From assembly GCA_910592345.1 (NCBI GenBank), contig CAJVPI010000166.1, positions 1 through 47,177 of the forward strand: 47,177 bases of DNA, in the 5' to 3' direction. The position numbers and the translations under genes are program-made. The DNA comes from Paraglomus brasilianum (lineage: Eukaryota). Of the stretch, positions 37,280 to 47,177 are shown in pieces; within the stretch, counting starts at the first letter, position 1; every line of letters begins with the position of its first letter. The notes under the pieces are model-generated. The model had not been told where the DNA came from. It saw only the letters and a list, made by a program, of their open reading frames with translations, and ran no database searches.

Positions 37280-39882
37280 TAAGTTGTCCGTTGATCTATT
37301 ACTCTTAAGAGGGCCAATAATTATTTATTGAAAAAAAAATTGTTTAATTAGTTTGAGACAAGTGACAGAACTCGACTAGTCGAAATACCAAATCGAAGAT
37401 AGCCCTGTTTAATATTAAATAGAATTTATTCCCCTTCGATTCCGCAATATAATAATTGTTGTTGTTATTTTATTGTGGGTACCCTTATTTGGAATCACGA
37501 GTGATTTGAAGCTCGGATAGGGAGTTGAAAAGCGCGCATTTAATTTAATTATATAAATAGGTCACTTGTAGATTAGAATTCAGTCTTAATTGAACATCTA
37601 CCGTATTAAGGGCGGTGGCACGAAGCTAATCTGGTAACATCCCCCGGTCGGAAGGATACCCCTACGCGAAAGATTAATCGCTCTCCCAAACCCCAAATGC
37701 AAACAGTTGACATCTTTGCAGCTTCAGGTAAATATTAGAGTAGTTCTTTAATTTAATATTCTAATAATAACCATAATAATAAGATCGCTGCGATAAATCG
37801 CTGGAAATGGAGCAGGTTATATAAGTTCCGGTGTATTAAGACACACCAACTCTCGAAACGTGTCCATTGCTATTGACACTAGGCCTAACGAAGAACGTTA
37901 ACGGTAGGATAAAAGTCGAATCACGTTTACACATTTTGTACTATCACGTTCACCTCTCTCGTACGCCTAGTGGTTTTGTGTATCAGCCTTCCGTTGAATG
38001 TCTCTTCCTATAATCCCCCTTCATTATCGTTAACCTCCGTACTATCTCCTCTCTCTGACCGATTTATATGGTGGTTGCTGTTTTCTCCCTCAAATACTCA
38101 AAACTTCTTTTACAACAGCCTTATATTGGCGATAGATTCGATACGAGATGGACTAGAATTCTTTTTTTCTCATTGACACACACACGTAACCTTACCTTTC
38201 AACAAGCGTAATGTAAACTGATCAAAGTGAGAGTATTTATTATCTCTCTGGATAATATTTTTCCATCTATTCATATTGCAATTGACAATCTATCGCTATT
38301 GCGCGACTTCGTAATTGTCGTATCTACCTTTTTGATTATGTGGATGCTAATTATAATGGTCTATCCGGCATTCCTTCAACGCACATTCCTTATTTCAGTT
38401 AATAGCCCTATGTGTATAACAAGTACTGAGGGTAATACGTTGGAACAACGTTTTCTGTTGCACGACAGTAAAATTAAACTCCGAATGTCGTCCTTTCTTT
38501 GGATGTTCGTAAATTACTATTTAATTACGTCAGCTTTGGTTTTTGACGGAAAAATAGCTTCTTTTATGCCATAGTTGAATTGCTGGATGTCATTTTATAC
38601 CCGCATTATAATTCTTTTCGAGGCAATGCATGCAAAGCTTAGCGAATATATTATCAAATATCCTGAACACCAGACTGTGAGGATGAGGTACCGAAAACAT
38701 CTTCAAGACAACAAATTTGGATCCGAGCAAAGTGATAGCCTCACCGTCGTCGGAACATGCTAGCAGTGTAACTGAAGCTGCTTTTATATTCTGACTAAAC
38801 CACTCTTGAAAATCAGCGTTATTTCTTATTTCCTCATTAAGATTGAGAATGGCAAGCCAGAATTGAAGATGATAGGGACTATTAAAAAGATTATACTGGG
38901 ATTGAATAAATATACAACGAGTTTAACTTTGATGGCTATACATTATATTTGCAAATAGTCGTAAACTTTAATGAAATATACCAAATTATTATATAAGGAA
39001 GAAACTCTCTATCCGTTGGATAACCTCCCACGAAGTATTTTTGCATTCGAATCATTTTCAGGAGCATTGTAAGCTATGAACTTGTAAATTTGATAAGCGC
39101 GGCTTTCGAAGTCCGCGCGAACGCAGCGTGAGGGCGTCCTGGGTTTGAAATACCACAGACTTTTAGTTCGGATGGATCAAGAAGTCACAAAAGCTCAAAG
39201 TAGTGGTATAGAAGCTTCGAATTTAGTGCGCCCGCATTAACTAATTTCCAATTTTTATTGATGTTCTGGTGATTAGCGATATATTGCAACGATAAATTTC
39301 TTATTAGAGACCGTAAGTTTTCTGCTTTTTACATGCTTAGATTTTGTGAAATTAATGAGAGGAGAATTCTTTTTCTTAACATGTACAATTTTAAAGCAAC
39401 AACATTCATGTAATTACACATACGGTTTGCACACACGCAATTAAAAAAAGGGCATATATACAAGATGTTAAAAAGTGTGCGACTGTGACTCACACTATGG
39501 AAATGATCGGAACTGACGTTGCATGATTTAGATTGTATCTGTAATTACTAATAGTGAATTTGCTATAAAATGTACACTTGCAATAAACTCATAAGAACAT
39601 TCTTGTTGTACTTAATTTCACTTTGCAAATTTGCCATAAGTTTATAGAGTCAAAATGTTTCAACACAATACATTGCACAGTACATGTATGAATGAATAAC
39701 TAGTACTAGCTATCTACTAGCTTCAGCAGGTTATTGCAAAAAGAATGAACATAGCTTGGAAATATTGAATAATTAGCCTGTCCAATTCAATTAATACTGA
39801 TAATGACAACACATATATACTAATTGTTATAATGTTAATACTATTTAATATTGCAATAGCAACCTATCACAATCATATATTA

Positions 39883-42800
39883 TTAAAACTCAATCCTATT
39901 ATCTGAGTATGAGTTAAAAAATTCACTATTTTTTGTCTCAATTCGATTATTCCTTAGATTTAAACAAGTCAAAGTATTGTTATTTTTCAATAATTGCACA
40001 AAAGCTATTGCCCCCAGATTTTTAAGTATGTTATGTTCCAGATTCAAAGAAGTCAGAGAAGTATTTGATGTTAAAGCCTTTGCCAAAGCTGTTGCCCCTT
40101 CATCACAAATTTGATTATTACTGAGATTTACTCTAATTAAAGAAGTATTTATTTTTATAACCTCTGCAAAAGCTATCACACCTTCTTTTCTAATATCATT
40201 TCCATGAAGATTTAAAGATTTCAAAGTGCAATTTTTCCTTAATGCAGTTGCCAAGTAGTTTAATCCACTACATCCAATGGAGTTACAAGAAAAATCCAGA
40301 GAAATCAATGATTGGTTAGATTCCAGAACACTTCCAAAAATGGCTGCATATTCTCCATAGTAATAGCAGGTACCAGTCCTAGCAACTCTATTATTATATA
40401 TGGCTCCACAGTGTAAATCTGTCAAAGAAGTATTTTTCTTTAAAGTATCTGCCAAAGCTTTTATATCTGCATCCATAATATAGTTTCTTCCAATCTTTAA
40501 AGAAGTGAGTGAACAATTTAATTCCAGTGCATTAATCAATGCTGACATTCCTGTGCTTCTATAATAATTGCCATTAATATTCAAAGAATTTAGTGAGTAA
40601 TTAGATGCTAAACTTTTTGCCAAAGCTGCTACTCCTTCATCTCCAAGGACATTTGATTCCAAGTTTAGAGAAGTCAAAACGGAGTTGATTTCCAAAGCAT
40701 GTGCTAAGGCTATTGCTCCTTTACTTTCAATGTTATTTGATCCTATGTCTAGAGATATTAGAGAATTATTGGAGACTGTATTTAAAGCCCTTTCAAGAGC
40801 CTTTTCCATTCCTCTGAAGGTATTCAATGCTCGATTTAAAAAGACTGGAGACAAATTAGATCTTAGATAGTCAGCCAATGCTATTGCACCCAAATCTCCA
40901 ATATTATTTTGGCTGAGATTCAAAGAGCACAGAGAATAATTTGATTCTAGAGCCTTTGCTAAAGCACTTGCACCTATACAATCAACTTGAGTGGACTGAA
41001 GATTCAAAAATGTCAATGATAAATTTGATTTCAAAGCATCTGCTAAGGCTCCTATACCATTCTTTCCAAATTTGTTGTTTTGGAGTTCCAAAGAAATTAG
41101 AGAAGAATTTAATTTTAATGCTTCTGCCAAAGGTGTTATGTTTGTAATTTCATTTGAATCCAAATTCAAATAAGCTAGTGATTTGTTGGATTCCAGACTT
41201 TTTGCAAGTGTTGTTACTCCTGCATTTCCAATTTTATTTAATTTCAGGTTTAATGATGTCAGAGTGGCATTCACTTGTAGTACGTTTGCTAGAATTGTTA
41301 GATCATTGCCAATTTCATTTGATTCAAGATTTAAAGAAGTCAGAGAAGTATTGTCATGCAAACCTGTTGATAATGCTGACAGTACTAAAGTTCCATTTCT
41401 GTTTGAATCTAGACTCAAAGACATTAAAGTAGAATTGGATTTTAGTGCTGTTGCCAAAGCTGTTAAACCAACAACACCAATATTATTCTTTCCCAGATTT
41501 AAAGAGATCAAAGAAGAATTGGATTCTAGAGCCTTTGCTAAGGCTGTTACACCTATATCCCCAATGTTATTTTCTTCAATGTTTAAAGAGGTCAAAGAGC
41601 AATTAGATTCCAACAAGCAAGCTATAGCTCTTGCATCTGTATTAGTATGTTCAGATAATCATATCAGATTAAAAAAAAAATAAGTACAGTTATATCAAAT
41701 TCTGAACCAATCTGCAACTGCATACCTGAATCACTAGCTTGGGTGCCGGCCAGATTCAATGTCTTATTTTTCTTAGCTTTCAGTGAACTGTCATATAAAT
41801 TTAGTTGGACATTTTGCATGTCTGGATGTTCAAACATTAATTTTAATCGATTGTAAACTTCTTCACAAAATGGTCGTTTGTTAGGATCTTCATTCCAGCA
41901 TGCAGAATATAAGCAAACATATTTTTCAGGTATTCTAGCCTTTTGTGTTATTTGGCAATATAATTGTACTTGATCATAATCTTCTGAAGGAGAATCACCA
42001 TAGCGTGCAATATGACCACCACTTGGCACGTGTCCAATAGAAATTTCCCATAATAGTACTCCAAGACTAAAAATGTCCGACTTTTTGTCAAATTTATATA
42101 GTTTATCCCTGGTGCACACCGGACTAAGATATGCTTCATTTCCTTCATCTTCCAGAGGGAGCATAACCTCTCTTAGCGCACGAGTTAAACCAAAGTTGGT
42201 TATCTTTATAACGCCATCTTGGATAAGAACATTACTTGATGACTAAAATACATATACAGACAAAAAAAATAAATTATAATTATTGAGTGTATGAACAATA
42301 TACAAAATATTGATTCTGTGTACCGACCAAGTGTTGATGGACGATATCAAGTCCGTGTAAATTGTTTAACCCCGCCCGTAATCTCCAAGCCAATCTTATA
42401 TTTATCTTTCCAAGTCAAACGGTCGAAGTAGTTCTTAAGATATTCACGTAACGTCCCTCCGTCAGCGTATTCATAAACCAAGTGATAATGGCCACCCGAC
42501 ATATCTGTTACATTCAGAGAAGGTCAAAGTAATGAAAAGAGTAAGAATAAACTGACATTTAAATATACCTCGACAAAGCCCCAAGAACCGAATAACGTTT
42601 GGATGATCATTCGCTTGTACATGCGCTTTCAGCTGTGTAAATAATATTAGTTTGAGTTTGCTTGGACATACAAATTATCGCATAAGCGGTGGTGATAATG
42701 TGCTTAAATAATACGAGTAACAAACCTGTTTGGTAAACTGTTCGTAGGTCTCCTCCTCACCGTTATATTGACTTATAAACAAAGTTTTTAAGACGACCGG

Positions 42801-42962
42801 TATCTCAAAACGTCTCACTGTCGCTTTATATACTACGCCGTATCCATCACAACGTACTAGGCAACGATCTTTAATCTCGCCATCTGAATAAGGTCTGATG
42901 TATTTTTCCTGAATGCTCTTGTCAAGCCATTTCTTGTACCTCTCGTTTGGTGTTTGATTCAT
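39883..42962 (-). CDS. Pseudokinase fused to ~20 ribonuclease-inhibitor-type (NLRC3-like) LRRs, ~915 aa; one apparent +1 frameshift
   Basis: Exons 42962-42726, 42632-42569, 42504-42328, 42242-41726 and 41636-39883. The kinase fold has VVLK, HPNVIRFLG and SDIFSLG, but HQHL replaces HxD, NFG replaces DFG, and the Gly loop is degenerate (RCDGYGVVY). 28-aa repeats of type NxSLxSLNLxxNxIGxxGxxALAxAL follow. There is one extra base in the C4 run at 42370-42373. Confidence 0.9.
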
Positions 42963-43117
42963 ACTTGAATTCAATATTTGGTGGGTGTGAGAGAATAGCG
43001 AACTCTCATATACTCTCATAATCGTGTGGGAATGTTTTTTAGGGTTGTGAAGGGAAACGCCCAATTTCATAAATTAGGATAAGTTTCACGTTTAATATGC
43101 TTTCATTATTATTATAA

Positions 43118-43127
43118 CTCGTGATAT
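43118..43127 (-). promoter_or_regulatory. Candidate shared kinase-gene upstream motif ATATCNCGAG (copy 3)
   Basis: ATATCACGAG on the minus strand starts 165 nt before the ATG at 42962. Confidence 0.35.
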
Positions 43128-43891
43128 TCGAATGTGGGAACTTTCAAGTTATTGATCATTATTAAAGATTCATTTGATGATACAAAAAAAGATGCATGTG
43201 TATTTTCTCACACGCAGCATACTAAACAATCTAATAGTCCGGCGATGTTTACAGTAAGCTTATTATTATGTAATAACACGTTGATAGTGTGATACAAAAA
43301 GCAATCTGAATGTGGCAATTGACATCATAAATTTGAATGGGGGTGCATTGAAAAGTGTACTCTATGTAAACTTATATTAATACTAAGACGCAGTTACATT
43401 CGGGTACTGTTACTGATCACTTCCATACTCTGGTATTAGACATCGCATAATTTTACAGAGCTTCGGAACTCTGATACATTGTGTTGTGTCACTATTTGCA
43501 GTCACAAATTTACGTTGTTATTGTTTGTTAATGCCTTATTTGGCAAGAGCGCTCGAAGATCTATCTGTTACTCCCTGACGAAGTGATATAAATTAGAGTT
43601 TGAAGAACCATGCCCCCACCGATTATTAACCTTCTATAAAGAACTACTTCGTCCTCTGAATTCCATTATTCGACAAGATTTGCTGATCTTTGCTTAATAT
43701 TCCTGTCGGACTTCCCATTTAATATACGTTTCGGGAATAAATTCGTGTCGATCTTCGATGCGTTTTTATAGACCATCATGTTTACCATACATAACGTCAC
43801 CTTACGTAAATACGTACAAACATAACGTCACCTTATGTACGTACATTACGTATGTATAACATACGTTACGTTGTAACATATTCTACTTAAA

Positions 43892-44012
43892 TTCCTTCTC
43901 TTCCACCTTTTCTTCCACCTTTCCTTCCACCTTTCCTTTCCTTCCCTTTCCTTCCCTTTCCTTCCCTTTCCTTCCCTTCCTTTCCTTCCCTTCCTCTTCT
44001 CTTTTTCTTTTT
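43892..44012. repeat. ~120-bp polypyrimidine/polypurine tract (CCTTT/CCTTC units)
   Basis: Almost pure C/T run with ttcccctttcc-like reiterations. Confidence 0.9.
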
Positions 44013-45336
44013 CGTAAACGACTATTATATTAATGCCCTGTCCTCCCTGCTCATAAACTTTATAACAGCATGACATGCTGACACTTTGCTTGTAAGTTCT
44101 TGCGATTAATAAGAAGCATTTTTTGCATTATCACCAGTAATATTAATGTGTAGAAAACGATCGTTTTCAAATCTATGAAAATAAGTAGTTGCCAATTTGA
44201 ATGAATACTTATGGATGTTCTCTACCCTGTGACTTTTTCCTAACCTCTAAAGTTTTTCGTGACAGTTCGTTAGGACGGTGAAGGAAGGTTACCACGACAG
44301 CAATAATAATGCTTAGATTTTGGGATGATATGCGAAATGGGGACAGCCACCATAAAAATGGCCCAATTTTTTTGAAGACGAGACGAAACGATTTTTTGAT
44401 GATCACCTATTTGCGAATGCATAGTTTGTATAATTAGTAATGGTATGTAAGTATTTACAGTTTTCGTTCTATGATATTAATATAACGACTACATTCATTC
44501 ACCTTCTGTTTATTTTATCTTAAAAAGTTAAATGTTTATCATGCCAATCAAATCATGGAGTACTGGAAACCGGTATTTTAGTAAGAAACCAATACCATAA
44601 ACATTAGAACTAATCACATAGTAGAGTTTTGTCATGATCGGTCTGCTACATGCTGAGCATGTATAACGTCAATTCATTGGATACATAATTCGAACATATT
44701 TTTCCCAAATAATATATCGCTTCTTTTCTCAGATGCAAAGAAATTCGCGGAGCAACGTAAATCTTACACTTCCCTACATTACCGATTTCTTCCACCTTTG
44801 AAAAAAACCAAATACCATGGTCTTAATGTATTTATTATTGAATCGCCTGATTCAAACGAAATCTATTGTGGACTTTTCTGCAAATTCCCTGTCTAAATTT
44901 TTACCATTTGACAATTCCTTCCAAGTTAGCGCTTCACCTCCAACGTCTGGAAAAAATACACATCGTTAAATAACGTTATCATTCAACCCCAAATATTGGC
45001 GACCTTCCCCATTACTTGATACCATCATTCAAAGATTGCACAGCATTGAATATGGACAATACCCATGCATTCTTTGCTTGTACTGTTACTGTACAATGGG
45101 TTTATTTCAACATACTCTTTGAGAATTGCTTTCCCAGACATTTATTTCTCTTACCACCCACCAATCTTCGTAACCCAGCCAAGATAGCAGTCTGCAACAC
45201 ATACTAATACCTAGTCATCGTTTTTACCAATATTCCGTAATGCATATCAGACATACCTTTCATATACGAAAGTATCTTTGTCCAGTGTATTTACGTTCTA
45301 GCTTAGGTCGCAGGTATCGTAGTATTAGTATCACAG

Positions 45337-45453
45337 GCACTATGTTCACGCAATTATCGGGCACATGATTTTATGTGAAGAAACAATTATAAGCACTATG
45401 TCTTTCTTACTCACACAATTATCGGGCACATGATATGTAAAGAAACAATTATA
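45337..45453. repeat. Imperfect tandem duplication of ~55-60 bp
   Basis: gcactatgt...caattatcgggcacatgat..atgt.aagaaacaattata occurs twice in succession. Confidence 0.85.
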
Positions 45454-47177
45454 TATATACTATACTGTGGATGTTCTGTCCTTACAAAACCATAGCAAAC
45501 ATAAACGTATTTGGAACGTAATGTATACAAATTCTTACACATGTCGATCATCAAAAAAATAAACAGATTTAGTCTATTTTTTACAAAAATTCCCAGATGA
45601 CAAAGCCATCTTTTTTTGGAAAGTCTCAAACTTAGTTTTTCCCAGACCGCCTTTTTACATATTGCACATATTTGTTACCAAATATTTGCTTATTCATTTG
45701 TCTTACATCAATATCCATATCGGTCTAAGAATTACACCCGAATTACATTCAAGAAATCCCACACATTTTATCCCACACTTTTAACGTATTGCAGATAACT
45801 ACAATAATCCAAATAACATAATAATAATAATATTCTTTTGTAGATATATAAATACATACAACAGCGCACACCAACAACACACTTATAACTCGCTAAATAT
45901 ACACAAGCAGATATCGACAACATATTTCAATAACACGGAGATCTTTCATAATGCATATTGCATGTAAATTCCTCAGTGATCAGAGTCACGGAGAGTTCTA
46001 TTATAGAACAACAAGTTTAGTGGAAAGGCTATTTTCGCAATTCAGACGGAGATAATATTAATGTCATTTTTGCACCCCACTCCGTAGACTACTACCACGA
46101 TTTTTCAACAAAATGATGACATCGATGCAGTAACAGGATTCGATGGCAATACTCTCTCGGTATTATCCATAATAATCCTAATATTACTAATTATAATTTC
46201 CTTCCTCTCCCACTAACACAATAGCTACAAATATATAAACTGTACGTTATAAATTCCACGCATCGCCTAATCCATCTTTTACTCACGAAAAATAACCCCC
46301 ACTAAAGAAGCTCCACACTGGGAGGTACTTTCTAACAGTCTGCCAACTACCGCATTTTTTTTTTGTATTCAAATATGTGAATCCCATCAATAACACTCTT
46401 TTTTACTTAATGTTATACGTTTATTCGCTTTTTTGGAATTAGCTCCAACACCCCACTTATGCTTTATAACGGCATCCTTAACGACAACGCCACTGTCGGA
46501 CACGAATCCAAATTTGTATACCACATCATGCTATATCGTTAATCCAGACGCCATAGATATCGAACTAACTGGCGAAGAGGAAGACAGTTACGATGTAATC
46601 ACGACGCTTTTGAAATACAAAGGCTATGCCTGCTCCTATTACAGGCGGTGCATCGAAAAGGGAATTACCATTGTAATATTATACCGCTATCGAAGACGAC
46701 AATTTTGATAAAAACCGAGAAGAAAATGGGAAATAGCTGCTTTAACGGTTGGAAAGATGGGGAAAGGTTATAATGAGTTTGTTGTATTGCTGCAATACAA
46801 GTAGAAGTAATGCGAGATATGAGGATAAAGAACAAGAAAAAGTTGACTAGTGGAAGAGTGCAGAGATATAATCGCCACACCCTCTTCAAGTCAGTTTGAC
46901 AAACATTACAAATATTGAAGCCACTGCATTGGTAAGTTAATAGGGAGTATATTAGAAATGGATATGGAAAAGGTAATTGAGCGATTAATATATAGAAGCA
47001 TCTATGTGCGGGTCAATAGTTAACTTTTTGATTTTCATTGATAGCCATCCACAACAATGCAAACGCCACACACAACAGCCACGATAACTCTATGGCTCCC
47101 AACTAATGTAACATGGTTACACACTCTTGGGACCATCGTTATAAATCCTTACTCAAGCAATGACACGACTGTTTTTG

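Noticed and set aside
39098..39156. tRNA- or SINE-like sequence (GC hairpin plus gggtttgaaatacc)
   Set aside because: The B-box is degenerate, there is no A-box, and no cloverleaf could be drawn.
40685..41683. Plus-strand ORFs overlapping the LRR exon
   Set aside because: Antisense shadows of the repeat-coding strand.
39883..42962. Classical NLR or receptor-like kinase
   Set aside because: No NACHT/NB-ARC P-loop, signal peptide or TM helix, and the LRRs are C-terminal to the kinase fold.
43846..44076. 76-aa Lys/Arg/Glu/Gly-rich ORF
   Set aside because: It is a translation of the polypurine tract.
46433..46889. Terminal short ORFs
   Set aside because: No recognisable motifs or splice support.

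Overview
AT-rich eukaryotic DNA with short GT-AG introns. The gene content (tyrosine-kinase-like kinases with Cys-rich leaders, kinase-TPR, BTB-BACK-TLD, SEL1 and REase-like remnants) points to an early-diverging Mucoromycota fungus, most likely Glomeromycotina; this taxonomic call is inference. I can reconstruct six spliced genes. They are a ~2270-aa kinesin-4-like motor (7171-14892 +), a TKL kinase preceded by three degenerate kinase N-lobe modules (16899-~19499 +), a kinase-TPR protein (22921-24878 +), a 162-aa two-TM protein (30225-30938 +), a BTB-BACK-TLD protein (36740-35232 -) and a pseudokinase-LRR protein (42962-39883 -). There is also a TKL pseudogene (673-1911) and debris of mariner, pogo-like and Ginger-like transposons plus SEL1 and REase-like genes. 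The strongest lead is one kinase cassette, with three identical intron positions, fused to different repeat domains: an active kinase + TPR and a predicted dead pseudokinase + ~20 RI-type LRRs. All three full-length kinase genes carry an upstream ATATCNCGAG motif, and some accessory gene bodies are strongly CpG-depleted. Together these suggest a candidate modular intracellular receptor system. Five long genes carry small frameshifts in homopolymers or microsatellites, most likely long-read assembly errors.
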